The position numbers were made by a program, and so were the translations under genes. A stretch of DNA of 64,000 nucleotides. It comes from Macrostomum lignano. Taxonomy: Eukaryota. Under the pieces are notes generated by a model. The model was not told where the DNA came from, searched no databases, and worked only from the letters and a program-made list of their open reading frames with translations. This document shows, piece after piece, positions 12,401 to 25,625 of this stretch (within the stretch, counting starts at the first letter, position 1; each line of letters starts with the position of its first letter). The stretch lies in the NCBI GenBank assembly GCA_002269645.1, contig NIVC01001678.1:124001-188000 (forward strand), written 5' to 3'.

Positions 12401-14051
12401 CCAGATCCCCAGTTGCTGGGCCAGCCTCCCAGATCCTCAGTTGCTGGGCCAGCCTCCCAGATCCTCAGTTACTGGGCCAGCCTCCCAGATCCCCAGTTGC
12501 TGGTCCAGCCTCCCAGATCCTCAGTTGCTGGGCCAGCCTCCCAGATCCTCAGTTGCTGGGCCAGCTTCTCAGATCCTCAGTTGCTGGGCCAGCCTCCCAG
12601 ATTCTCAGTTGCTGAGCCAGCCTCCTAGATCCTCAGTTGCTGGGCCAGCTTCTCAGATCCTCAGTTGCTGGGCCAGCCTCCCAGATTCTCAGTTGCTGGG
12701 CCAGCCTCCCAGATCCTTAGTTTCTGGTCCAGCTTCTCAGATCCAGCTTCATATAAGTATCAATAACATTATTAAAAAAGCCCTAGCAAATCATGCACAA
12801 TCATTCCCACAGCGACATCAAACCGGACAACTTTCTAATGGGCATCGGGCGCCACTGCAACAAATTATTCCTTGTAGACTTCGGTCTGGCCAAAAAGTAC
12901 CGGTTAGTGTTATTGCGCAATTTCTTGCCCCAGATATTTCAATCAGCCCTCCCTCCTCAATACAAATTCATTCGCCTTTGCCCTCAGCGACTCCCGCACG
13001 AAGGCGCACATTCCTTATCGCGACGACAAGAACCTGACTGGCACGGCTCGCTACGCCTCGGTCAATGCGCACGCCGGCATTGAACAGTCGCGTCGGGACG
13101 ATCTGGAAAGTCTTGGTTACGTTTTCATGTACTTCCTGCGCTCCTCGCTGCCCTGGCAAGGACTCAAGGTTGGTGGCAACTCTTCTCATCTTCTTGTTTT
13201 AGGCCTTGTGTCACTTTCCACTGTGGTAGTGTCACTCTTCGCTATTTACGTCATTGTTCGTATCTATCTGTCACTCTCTGTATCTATCTGTCGCTCTCCA
13301 TATTTATCTGTCACTCTCCATATCTATCTGTCACTCCCCATATCTATTTGTCACTCTCCGTATCTATCTGTCACTCCCCATATCTATTTGTCACTCTCCG
13401 TATCTATCTGTCACTCTCCATATCTATCTGTCACTCCCCATATCTATCTGTCACTCTCCATATCTATCTGTCACTCTCCGTATCTATCTGTCACTCCCCA
13501 TATTTATCTGTCACTCTCCATATCTATCTGTCACTCTCCATATTTATCTGTCACTCTCCATATTTATCTGTCACTCTCCATATCTATCTGTCACTCTTCA
13601 TATTTATCTGTCACTCTCCATATCTATCTGTCACTCCCCATATTTATCTGTCACTCTCCATATTCATCTGTCACTATCCACTGCTCTTGTGTCACTCTAT
13701 ACCATACTCCCAAAACACACACAGGCGAACAACAAGAAGCAGAAATACGAGCGCATCTACGAGAAGAAGGTGTCCACCCCGATCGAGAGCCTGACCAGGG
13801 GCTACCCGCCGGAGTTCAGCCGCTACCTAAGCTACTGCCGCAATCTGAAATTTGAAGAGGCCCCAGACTATCGTTGGTTGCGCGAGAATTTTCGCATACT
13901 ATTCCGCACGTTGAACTTCGTGTTCGACTACGTGTTCGACTGGACCCTGCTAAAACAGCGGGCTACTACTTCGTCCGTCTCTGCCGGCGCCGGCGCCGGC
14001 GGCGGAACGTCGAACAACGCGGTCGGCCTCCTTGGCGGCGGAAACAGGTGA
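9459..14051 (+). CDS. CSNK1A1: Casein kinase I isoform alpha
   Basis: Exons 9459-9691, 11527-11709, 12813-12902, 12988-13168, 13725-14051; all GT..AG and phase-consistent; 1014 nt = 337 aa. Motifs [42 protein letters not shown] and LPWQGLK; the GIGRHCNK insert is typical of CK1 alpha. Confidence 0.97.
9774..9939. mobile_element. Small foldback/MITE-like inverted repeat in CK1 intron 1
   Basis: CACTG...CAGTG ends; arms aaagattgtgtaattttt..ggaggcctatttcc and ggaaataggccttcaaaaattacacaatcttt are reverse complements; no TSD seen. Confidence 0.55.
10968..11266 (-). promoter_or_regulatory. Putative antisense Pol II promoter (CCAAT cluster + TATA), possibly LTR-derived
   Basis: Six ATTGG on + (11035, 11075, 11099, 11142, 11216, 11262) and a minus-strand CTATAAAT at 10968-10975. 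Confidence 0.35.
11810..12745. repeat. 28-bp minisatellite (CCAGCCTCCCAGATCCTCAGTTGCTGGG) in CK1 intron 2
   Basis: Tandem units; the same unit recurs at 49560-50345. Confidence 0.95.
13255..13690. repeat. 20-bp minisatellite (TATCTATCTGTCACTCTCCA) in CK1 intron 4
   Basis: Tandem units directly visible. Confidence 0.95.
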
Positions 14052-14309
14052 ATTGGATTTATTTTAGCTAACTAATAATAAATCCAACTATTTGTGCCAG
14101 CTTTGGACTCTGGAGAGGGGAGGGTTTGATTGAAATATTTAACTGTACAAAGATATCTCAAGACAAAATTTCAGTTAGAATTGCAGTTCTCTGAATGTTA
14201 AATAACTGGTCATTGGCAGCTCTTTTAATGACCAACTGATTTTAGTTATAAAATATTTTTTTGGGATTTGAAATATACTAAAGAAGCCCATTGGTAATTC
14301 TTCTATTTC

Positions 14310-15780
14310 CATATCCCATTGGTAATACTACCAGATCCCATTGGTAATACTACCAGATCCCATTGGTAATACTACCAGATCCCATTGGTAATGCTACCAG
14401 ATCTCATTGGTAATACTACCAGATCCCATTGGTAATGCTACCAGATCTCATTGGTAATACTACCAGATCCCATTGGTAATGCTACCAGATCCCATTGGTA
14501 ATACTACCAGATCCCATTGGTAATGCTACCAGATCTCATTGGTAATACTACCAGATCCCATTGGTAATGCTACCAGATCTCATTGGTAATACTACCAGAT
14601 CCCATTGGTAATGCTACCAGATCCCATTGGTAATACTACCAGATCCCATTGGTAATGCTACCAGATCCCATTGGTAATACTACCAGATCCCATTGGTAAT
14701 GCTACCAGATCTCATTGGTAATACTACCAGATCCCATTGGTAATGCTACCAGATCCCATTGGTAATACTACCAGATCCCATTGGTAATGCTACCAGATCC
14801 CATTGGTAATGCTACCAGATCTCATTGCTAATGCTACCAGATCCCATTGGTAATGCTACCAGATCCCATTGGTAATACCACCATACTACCATATCCCATT
14901 GGTAATACCACCATACTACCATATCCCATTGGTAATTCTACCAGATCCCATTGGTAATGCTACCAGATCCCATTGGTAATACTACCAGATCCCATTGGTA
15001 ATACGACCAGATCCCATTGGTAATACTACCAGATCCCATTGGTAATGCTACCAGATCCCATTGGTAATACTACCAGATCCCATTGGTAATGCTACCAGAT
15101 CCCATTGGTAATACTACCAGATCCCATTGGTAATGCTACCAGATCCCATTGGTAATACTACCAGATCCCATTGGTAATGCTACCAGATCCCATTGGTAAT
15201 ACTACCAGATCCCATTGGTAATACTACCAGATCCCATTGGTAATACTACCAGATCCCATTGGTAATGCTACCAGATCCCATTGGTAATACTACCAGATCC
15301 CATTGGTAATGCTACCAGATCCCATTGGTAATACTACCAGATCCCATTGGTAATGCTACCAGATCCCATTGGTAATACTACCAGATCCCATTGGTAATAC
15401 TACCAGATCCCATTGGTAATACTACCAGATCTCATTGGTAATGCTACCAGATCCCATTGGTAATACTACCAGATCCCATTGGTAATGCTACCAGATCCCA
15501 TTGGTAATACTACCAGATCCCATTGGTAATGCTACCAGATCCCATTGGTAATACTACCAGATCCCATTGGTAATGCTACCAGATCCCATTGGTAATACTA
15601 CCAGATCCCATTGGTAATGCTACCAGATCCCATTGGTAATACTACCAGATCCCATTGGTAATGCTACCAGATCCCATTGGTAATACTACCAGATCCCATT
15701 GGTAATACTACCAGATCCCATTGGTAATACTACCAGATCCCATTGGTAATGCTACCAGATCCCATTGGTAATACTACCAA
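14310..15780. repeat. 22-bp minisatellite (CCCATTGGTAATRCTACCAGAT) downstream of the CK1 stop
   Basis: Highly homogeneous array; A/G variant units; internal inverted repeat TGGTA..TACCA. Confidence 0.97.
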
Positions 15781-16784
15781 TTCTATTTAAATAAAATCCA
15801 AATGCCTTTGAAGTTGAGTCTGTATTGCATAGATGTGCAGAACTCTGCTACGTATAAAGATAGAGGTGCCACTCCTGCGCTCATGCTGAGGTACCAATCT
15901 GCGCGGCACTACTATGAGCAACTTAAATCTTAGTTTTTAAATTCACTTTATTTGCTTCCTTTTAATTTTATTAGTTTTTTAGCGTGAAAATTTCTAATCT
16001 TTCTGAAGCTGCCTTCTTGCAATTTTTGTTTGTTATTTCTTTTTTGCAAAGAGAAACAACTATAATTGACAAAAATATTCTCACCCGCCTACTCTCAGCA
16101 TGCAGTTGCGGTTGGATTATCTGAATCTAACTGAACTTTTGCGCATGCGTGTAACCATAGGGCTCGATAATAGCTGCTGTGATAATAGGCTGCCATCCAA
16201 TTTAGCATACTATAATATGTAATACTAGACCTTATTGCTAAGTATGGTTGCTATGCTACAATAGGCAGGCAAGTTGTGCATGTAATCTAGGCTATAGGTT
16301 TATTCAATTAATTTTTCTTAGCGCCGTGTTTTAAATTATAACACATATTGAAACAAATTTATTTTTTTCTATTTATTTGAAAAAAACAAGAATGTTGATT
16401 TTCAGTTTAATTATTACGGTATGTGACTGCAGAGCCGGCCAAGATGCTCTAAAAAACTTTCTCTGCGTGTTTGTTTGCCTGATGATGCAGCTCGACCTTG
16501 TTTTCTATATTTATTATACTTATTTTTTTATGAAATAGTGTCCATGTACTTGTAGTTTCCTGGAATTAGTATACTTAGTAAGCCTTATAATTTTTTACTT
16601 TTTCAACTGTTTCCGTTTTCGACAAGAGATTATAATATCACGATTGTTTTTTCAACTTTTTTTTACAAATATATAGCGAAGCACATGCGCTTTGTATACT
16701 ACTTTATCTTTCCCGTGTAGTAGAGCATGAAGTATTTTTCTTTTGGTTTTCCTCTTTTTTAATTTAATGCAGCGTTGGCTTGTG

Positions 16785-17205
16785 TCTTCTCAGCTCTCTT
16801 TTACTCTCTCCTCTCCCCCTTTCTCTCGTCTCTCTTCTCCTATCCTCACCTCGTCTCTCCTCCCTCTTCTCTACTCTCTCTTTTCTTTCTCCCCTCTTTT
16901 CTCCTCTCCTCTCTTCTTTCCCTCCTTTCTCTCTCCTCTCCTCTCCTCACCTCTTTCCATCATCTCTCTTCTCTTCCTCCTCTCTCTCTTCTCTTCCTCT
17001 CACCTCTTCTATCCTCCCCTTCTCTCGCTTTCCTTTGTTTCTCTTTTCCTTCTTTCCTCCCACCTCTCATCTCTCTCATCTTTTCTCTTCTTCCATCTCG
17101 CATTTTATCTGTCTTCTCATGTCTGCTCTCATTCCGTATCTTATTCCATCTCTAATCTCCTTTCCTTTGTCATCTGGCGTGCAGCCATTTGGCTCGAGTT
17201 AGAAT
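16785..17205. repeat. CT-rich low-complexity tract
   Basis: Pyrimidine-dominated sequence; the overlapping L/S/F ORFs are artefacts. Confidence 0.9.
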
Positions 17206-17948
17206 ATCTATCTTGGAATCGAAATTCGTTATAGACTACTTGCAACAAAGCTTGTTTAGAGATTCAGTGTTAGCTTATTAATGCATTGCAGTGTAGCTTG
17301 CCATTAAAATAGTCCAGCGGGACTGACAGAGAGATTCAGTTTTTGTAAGATTAATTTTTCCACAAACTTAACGCAGTATAATTGTTGACTTTCGACCGGC
17401 TCGAATTTGGCGTCTGATAAAATACCGGGTTGAAACTTCAATTCCTGGTAAAATCTTAAGCGGCCTAACTTTATCGTACTTTGACTTATGAATTTTGTCA
17501 ATTGGCCTAACAAAAATTTGCGCACTTTGCTGTGCCAGTAAGTTTCCATTCGTCAGCAGTTTTCACCCGCGATTATCAGTGTGCATTACACACTCGCGGC
17601 AGATAAACCCAACCGGTTTGCGAGTAGTGACACACGAAATTGCTTTTTCTGTTTGGAGAAGTTTTTCCTGCCTTGGAAACAGGTTTTGTTTTTGCTGTGG
17701 ATTTTACTGCTTTCACCGAAGCTTTCCACTCGCCTGCACTTGAAAACACCAGTGAAAATGCCCAGTGAGCTGCGGTATATTATGGAATTCCAATGACCCT
17801 CATAGATGCGAAACTGCCTATAAATATGCAACCTGTTTTGTGTGTGTGAATTAAGTCTACCGCTATCAGCACTGTAACTGAGTCTTTCTAAGCAGATTGG
17901 AATTTTTTGTTCAGTTGTCCAACTTTTTTTACAGTTTCTAGAAACAGC

Positions 17949-20900
17949 ATGTCTGCCTGCACTGGTAAGATCGCATTAAAACCATAAGTCCTTCCTATAT
18001 ACTAAATATAGAAATAAATTATACCAAAAATCATGTTTGTCTCTACCTATTCATCTAGGTATAGCCAATGCTGTGGATGATTAGACAACCCGTTTGGATG
18101 GGTAGACAACCCCCTGGATGATTGGACAACCACTTGAATGATTAGAAAACCCCCGTGGATGATTAGACAACCCAATAGATGGTCGGATAACCTCCTGGAT
18201 GATTAGACAACCCCATAGATGGTCAGAGTCAGACAACCTCCTGGATGATTAGACAACCCCCTGAATGATTAGACAACCCCCTGAATGATTAGACAACCCC
18301 CTGAATGATTAGAACCCCCTGAATGATTAGACAACCCCCTGAATGATTAGACAACCCTCTGAATGATTAGTGATTAGAGAACCCCCTGAATGATTAGACA
18401 ACCGTGGATTCGTTTGAAAAACGCAACCGCTTAGAAAACTTCATGAATGATAAGACTAACATGATGATTAAACTGGATGATTAGACAGTCACGCATGGAT
18501 GATAGTAGGCAAATCTTGCAGCCCACAAGAAGATTGACGCACTTGCACCTCCCGTCTCCGCCCCTGCAGAGACCCGCCAACAGATGCTAAGCTACTGGAA
18601 GGGCCACGGCAAGCCCTCCCTAGAGATGATGATGCTGGATAGCAACGCAGCCTCCATCGCCGACCGCGAGACGCAGGAAATCCTGGGCATGCTGCCGCCC
18701 GTAAACGGTCTGGACGTTGTGGAACTTGGCGCTGGGATCGGCCGGTTCACCAAGCACCTGGCGACGCTAGCCGGCAGTCTGCACGCCTCAGATTTCATGC
18801 AGAATTTCATCGACAAGAATCGCGAAGACAATGGTCACCATGGCAACCTGACTCTGGCTGTAGCCGACGCCACCCAGATGACGATGCCGGCAGATTGCTG
18901 CGACCTGGTGTTCTCCAACTGGCTGTTCATGTACCTGGACGACGAAGAGGTGCGCGGCGTGTTCGCCAGAATCCTCGACTGGCTTCGGCCGGGTGGACAT
19001 TTCTTCTTCCGCGAGTCCTGCTTCCACCGGTCCGGCTCGGTGGCCCGCACCGACAACCCCACCAAGTACCGATCGCCGCAGAGGTACAACGAGCTGCTAC
19101 TTGAGGCTGCTCACGGCTCTCACCGGTTCGGTCACGTGTTCACCAGACCGAGCCGAACCTACGTGTCCACCAAGGGCAACCGGAACCAGATGTGCTGGCT
19201 GGTGCGCAAGACTCCGCTGAGTTCGCCGGACGAGATCGACCGGATGAAGGCGGCTCATATGAGTCTCATGAACGGACCCAGCGATGAGAAGTGAGTCTAA
19301 ATCTGCCAAACACAGGTGTCCAAGGGTCTCCGGCCACCTCCGTGTCATTGAGTGTCCTCTGGGTCCTCAGGTGTCCAAGGGTCTCCGGCCACCTCTGTGT
19401 CATTGAGTGTCTTCTGAGTCCTAGATATCTGTACCACCAACCTCCCGTGTCCTCGGGTATCTGGACCACCAACCTACCGTGTCCTCGGGTATCTGGACCA
19501 CCAACCTACCGTGTCCTCGGGTATCTGGACCACCAACCTCCCGTGTCCTCGGAGCATCTGGGTATCTGGACCACCAACCTCCCGTGTCCTCGGAGCATCT
19601 GGGTATCTGGACCACCAACCTCCCGTGTCCCGATCGCATCCCAATCACGATGTCACCAACACCGCCATCCCTGTCCAACCGCAGGCTCGAATCCGTTTTG
19701 GCCGAGGGCAGCGAAGCGGCCGCTCTGTGCGACTATCTCGGTGTCCAGCCGGGCGAGACTGTCCTTGACGTTGGCTGCGGATTGGGAGACACCTCCTGCC
19801 TGCTAGCTAAGGTAGATGCTCGTTAAATTTTTTATTAGAAAATGAATACAGTAAGGAATGATGACAGATTCCACCGGTGCAACAATTTGCATGTACCTTT
19901 GAAAATCAAATTTTCAGAAATACGACGCCAACGTGATTGGTTTTGACATCGCCGGCCCACTGGTCAGTCTGGCTCTGCAGCGGGCCAATCAGCTGGGCGT
20001 GCAAAATGTGAGCGCAATTGTCCGGTATTGCTTCTAGGAAAGTCTGCGGTTTCTTAGAAAAATCAAGGTTGATTGATCGAGTTCTTTATCCAATGCAGGT
20101 TCTATGATTTGGTTCATGGATGAATTCTTAAGTGAGTGTGGTAATTATTGTGTCATGAGTGAGGCCATGAGTGAGGCCATAAGGCGAGGTCCTGAGTGAG
20201 TTCATGAGTGAAGCCATGAGTGAGGCCATAAGGCGAGGTCCTGAGTGAGGTCATGAGTGAAGCCATGAGTGAGGCCATAAGGCGAGGTCCTGAGTGAGGT
20301 CATGAGTGAGGCCATGAGTGAGGCCATAAGGCGAGATCCTGAGTGAATTCATAAGAAGAGGCCATGAGGTAAGATAATGAGTGAGGTCGTATATTATGCG
20401 AAATCATAAGTGAGCTCATTTGAGAGATCATGTGCTGAGGTCATGAGTGAGTCATGAGGAGACGTTGTGGGTGAATTCATGAGGTGAGTGAAGTCATGAA
20501 CAAGTGAGATCATGACAAGTTCTGAGGGAATGTGTACATTAAGCTTTTATTATAGCGAGATCATTCATAATTCACGGAACTTTATGAGAAACTCGACTAA
20601 TTTAAGGTAGCAAATGTACTTTAGAAACTTTTTCTCGCGTTGCCAGGTGCTGTTTGAGCTGGCCGATATTGAGACCTGCGAACTGTACGAGGAGGAGACG
20701 TTCGATGTGATCTACTGCCGCGACGTGATGCACTACGTGACGGATAAGGGCAGCGTGCTGGCCAAGTTTTATGTGAGAATTTGAGCTTAATTGCTTTTTC
20801 GATTTTTTCTTTTTTATCTGACTCTATTCTAGCTACTTACGAAGCCAAGGATTGCGAGTAGTATTGGATATGCAATAAACATTTTGCAGAACCAGCAAAA

Positions 20901-23900
20901 CTTTACAAACTTCACAAACTATAGAATCGTCACAAACTATAGAATCGTCACAAACTACAGAATCGTCACAAACTATAGTACCCCTGGTATCTTCACAAAC
21001 TATAGAATCTTCACAAACTATAGAATCTTCACAAACTATAGAATCTTCACAAACTATGGAATCTTCACAAACTATAGAATCTTCACAAACTATAGAATCT
21101 TCACAAACTATAGAATCTTCACAAACTATAGAATCTTCACAAACTATAGAATCTTCACAAACTATAGAATCTTCACAAACTATAGAATCTTCACAAACTA
21201 TAGAATCTTCACAAACTATAGAATCTTCACAAACTATAGAATCTTCACAAACTATAGAATCTTCACAAACTATAGAATCTTCACAAACTATAGAATCTTC
21301 ACAAACTATAGAATCTTCACAAACTATAGAATCGCCCTGTTTCGTTGCAGAAATGGCTGAAGCCCGGCGGCCGCCTCTGTCTAACAGACTACTGCCCGTT
21401 AAGAAATCAGCCCAATACCGCTGATGACTCATCCGCTGACGTCAGCGCGGCCTACTCACGCGATGCCTACATTTCGGCTTTGAAATCTGCCGGATTTGCC
21501 GACTCGACCGTCACTACGGACGACTTGACGCCGCGGTTCGAGTCGGCGGCTCTGGCCAAATGTCGAATTCTTGAACAGGCCAGGCACCTCTTTGTGCAGG
21601 TGCGATGAGTTCTGATTTTGTTACTCTGGCTTTTGTTTTCATCTAGTCCACATCGACGTTGATCCATCGACTCTCCAATTAGTCATCTATTGGCTCTCTA
21701 ATTAGTCATCTATCGAAAGGCTGTTGCGTCGTAATCATCCAGACACATATAGGAGCACTAATTAGGCATCCACAGACACACTGATTAGGCACCCACAGAC
21801 ACACTGATTAGGCACCCACAGACACACTGATTAGGCAGCCACAGACACACTGATTAGGCAACCACAGACACACTGATTAGGCACCCACAGACGCACTGAT
21901 TAGGCACCCACAGACACACTGATTAGGCATCCACAGGCACACTGATTAGGCAACCACAGACACACTGATTAGGCATCCACAGGCACACTGATTAGGCACC
22001 CACAAACACACTGATTAGGCACCCACAGACACACTGATTAGGCACCCACAGACACACTGATTAGTTATCCACAGACACACTGATTAGTTATCCACAGACA
22101 CACTGATTAGTTATCCACAGACACACTGATTAGGCACCCACAGACACACTGATTAGGTATTCACAGACACACTGATTAGGTATCCACAGACACACTGATT
22201 AGGCATCCACAGACACACTGATTAGGCACCCACAGACACACTGATTAGGCATCCACAGGCACACTGATTCGGCACCCACAGACACACTGATTAGGCACCC
22301 ACAGACACACTGAGTAGGCATCCACAGACACACTGATTAGGCACCCACAGACGCACTGATTAGGTATTCACAGACACACTGATTAGGTATCCACAGACAC
22401 ACTGATTAGGCATCCACAGACACACTGATTAGGCACCCACAGACACACTGATTAGGTATTCACAGACACACTGATTAGGTATCCACAGACACACTGATTA
22501 GGCATCCACAGACACACTGATTAGGCATCCACAGACACACTGATTAGGCACCCACAGACACACTGATTAGGTATTCACAGACACACTGATTAGGCACCCA
22601 CAGACACACTGATTAGGTATCCACAGACACACTGATTAGGTATACACAGACACACTGATAAGGTATCCACAGACACGCTGATTAGGCACCCACAGACATA
22701 CTGATTAGGTATCCACAGGCACACTGATTAGGCACCCACAAACACACTGATTAGGCACCCACAGACACACTGATTAGGCACCCACAGACACACTGATTAG
22801 TTATCCACAGACACACTGATTAGTTATCCACAGACACACTGATTAGTTATCCACAGACACACTGATTAGGCACCCACAGACACACTGATTAGGTATTCAC
22901 AGACACACTGATTAGGTATCCACAGACACACTGATTAGGCATCCACAGACACACTGATTAGGCACCCACAGACACACTGATTAGGCATCCACAGGCACAC
23001 TGATTCGGCACCCACAGACACACTGATTAGGCACCCACAGACACACTGAGTAGGCATCCACAGACACACTGATTAGGCACCCACAGACGCACTGATTAGG
23101 TATTCACAGACACACTGATTAGGTATCCACAGACACACTGATTAGGCATCCACAGACACACTGATTAGGCACCCACAGACACACTGATTAGGCACCCACA
23201 GACACACTGATTAGGCATCCACAGGCACACTGATTCGGCACCCACAGACACACTGATTAGGCACCCACAGACACACTGAGTAGGCATCCACAGACACACT
23301 GATTAGGCACCCACAGACGCACTGATTAGGTATTCACAGACACACTGATTAGGTATCCACAGACACACTGATTAGGCATCCACAGACACACTGATTAGGC
23401 ACCCACAGACACACTGATTAGGTATTCATAGACACACTGATTAGGTATCCACAGACACACTGATTAGGCATCCACAGACACACTGATTAGGCACCCACAG
23501 ACACACTGATTAGGTATTCACAGACACACTGATTAGGCACCCACAGACACACTGATTAGGTATTCACAGACACACTGATTAGGTATCCACAGACACACTG
23601 ATAAGGTATCCACAGACACGCTGATTAGGCACCCACAGACATACTGATTAGGTATCCACAGACACACTGATTAGGTATCCACAGACACACTGATTAGTTA
23701 TCCACAGACACACTGATTAGTTATCCACAGACACACTGATTAGTTATCCACAGACACGCTGATTAGGCACCCACAGACATACTGATTAGGTATCCACAGA
23801 CACGTTGATTAGTTATCCACAGACACACTGATTAGGCACCCACAGACACACTGATTAGTTATCCACAGACACACTGATTAGTTATCCACAGACACGCTGA

Positions 23901-24174
23901 TTAGGCACCCACAGACATACTGATTAGGTATCCACAGACACGTTGATTAGTTATCCACAGACACACTGATTAGTTATCCACAGACACACTGATAGGGCCC
24001 CCAATTCTCATGTGTCCCCAATTCCTATAATTCCCACTGAATTCCGCATTCAATTTCCAGCAATTCAACGAGTCGTCCAGATTTGAGCAGGCTCAAGTGA
24101 ACTGGCAGAGACGCTTGGCAATGTGCCAGAGCGGCGAACTGGCCTGGATTCTATATCACGTGACCAAGCAGTGA
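17949..24174 (+). CDS. Phosphoethanolamine N-methyltransferase (two-domain PMT/PEAMT-like)
   Basis: Exons 17949-17964, 18570-19290, 19685-19811, 19918-20007, 20647-20772, 21351-21599, 24061-24174; phase-consistent; 1443 nt = 480 aa. The N-terminal domain has SYW..MMLD, VELGAGIGRFT, FSNWLFMYL, FFRESCFH and NPTKYR as in plant NMTs; the C-terminal domain has VLDVGCGLG, FDVIYCRD and KWLKPGG..TDYC. Confidence 0.93.
18075..18490. repeat. ~20-bp minisatellite (CTGAATGATTAGACAACCCC) in PMT intron 1
   Basis: Degenerate tandem units. Confidence 0.85.
19310..19630. repeat. 32-bp (and 41-bp variant) minisatellite in PMT intron 2
   Basis: GGGTATCTGGACCACCAACCTACCGTGTCCTC with period 32 (19451/19483); later units carry a GAGCATCTG insert. 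Confidence 0.85.
20150..20520. repeat. ~49-bp repeat built from CATGAGTGAGGC subunits in PMT intron 4
   Basis: AAGGCGAGG recurs at 20181 and 20230; degenerate tail. Confidence 0.8.
20905..21335. repeat. 18-bp minisatellite (CTTCACAAACTATAGAAT) in PMT intron 5
   Basis: Near-perfect tandem array ending ~20 bp before the acceptor. Confidence 0.97.
21765..23995. repeat. 23-bp minisatellite (CTGATTAGGCACCCACAGACACA) in PMT intron 6
   Basis: About 2.2 kb array with variant units and higher-order duplications. Confidence 0.97.
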
Positions 24175-24852
24175 AATTACAGACTGGCCTTGACTAGACT
24201 TTGCGAATACTGCCGTGTATTTTGAGCTGTGGTTCCAAGTGCATGAATATGTACTTTTCAAATATTTTAAGTAACTGTTTGAAAATAGCAAAGATTCCTA
24301 CGAGTCGGATCTAATTGTTGGATATTAAGGAGAAATTCCTGAAATTTTCTCAGCATTTAGCACGCAGAAAACAATGCTATAAGAAGATATATTTAACTGC
24401 ATCATTTTTGTTCATCTAGTACTTGTAGTCAGTTAATAGGCGTAAGTTTTAAACACTTCAAGAAAGAAATCTATTTTTTTATTGGATCCGACAGTTGTAT
24501 TTGAGGTGCGAGACTACTATTAATAGTAGCAGTACATGTATATTTTACATGTTTGTATACTTACGAGTAGTCATTGAAGCGCATTGGTGCAAATGTAAAG
24601 ATAAATCTATAAAGGATTTGCGAGATATTCTTATGGCAATGTGTATTCACATGAATATTTTCAACGCTTGCACATGCCACTCCACTGCATGTAACTTTCC
24701 CAATAATGGAAACGTGAATTAAAGTACATTTAATATTGCTGAAAAATAAATTGTCCGCAAAATTTTATCGTAAAACTGATTATTAGCATATAATGATTTA
24801 AATACCAAGCAATTAGCACTATATGTGAGTTATATGAGTCTAATTATTATTT

Positions 24853-25345
24853 CTGTGCGAGGGGTTCGCTATCGATTTTTTGGTGGGGAGCTGAGGGCAA
24901 AGCCGAGAATTCTACATGACTATATTACTATAGTATTTTGGAATCGGTGTTGTTAGCAATCATTTTGGCGCTGCAGGCACTCATTTTGGCGCCGCAGGCA
25001 CTCATTTTGGCGCCGCAGGCACTTATTTTAGCGTCGAAGGCACTCATTTTGGCGCTGCAGGCACTCATTTTGGCGCCGCAGGCACTCATTTTGGCGCCGC
25101 AGGCACTCATTTTAGCGTCGAAGGCGCTATATTTTACACTCTGAAGAAAAAATTATTGATTACCACAACGGGGTCAGAAGGTGGGTTTGGGGGACAAAGA
25201 ATTGGCATGCCCCCCATAGCTTTTACTGGGGGGGGACATGTCTCCCCCCGGTGGCGACGCCCCTGAGCTGTTGGGCTGTTAACGAGGCTGCATCCTGACT
25301 GCGGCTGGCGTAAAAAGTACTTTATATTACCTATAATAAATTTTA
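24853..25345 (+). mobile_element. Dispersed repeat (copy 1) with an internal 21-bp array
   Basis: GCACTCATTTTGGCGCCGCAG tandem at ~24960-25125; ggggggacatgtctccccccggtggcgacgcccctg and downstream agctgttggg..acgaggctgc are shared with 32430-32880. Confidence 0.6.
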
Positions 25346-25625
25346 CTACAAAAGAGTAACATGTGCACATGCTAAATATTAATTATGCTAATCTTTTATT
25401 TAATTATTAATCTTGTCTGCTAGATTCAGCTTATCTCACCGCAGTGCGCCAATACTTGGAGTTTTCAGTAGGCGAGACTGGGGTAGTTGCATGTACTATT
25501 ACATTGCTAAATACGAGGAATTGTACTTTTGGCCTTCAACGCGCCAACCAGCCTCTCGTAGCGCTCATGATAGACTAACTCGAATATCAGAGACCGCATG
25601 ATTCATTACCTGAGCCGCTTGGCAA

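Noticed and set aside
14310-15780. Palindromic 22-49 bp repeats as CRISPR arrays
   Set aside because: The units are directly adjacent with no unique spacers, there are no cas genes and the context is eukaryotic.
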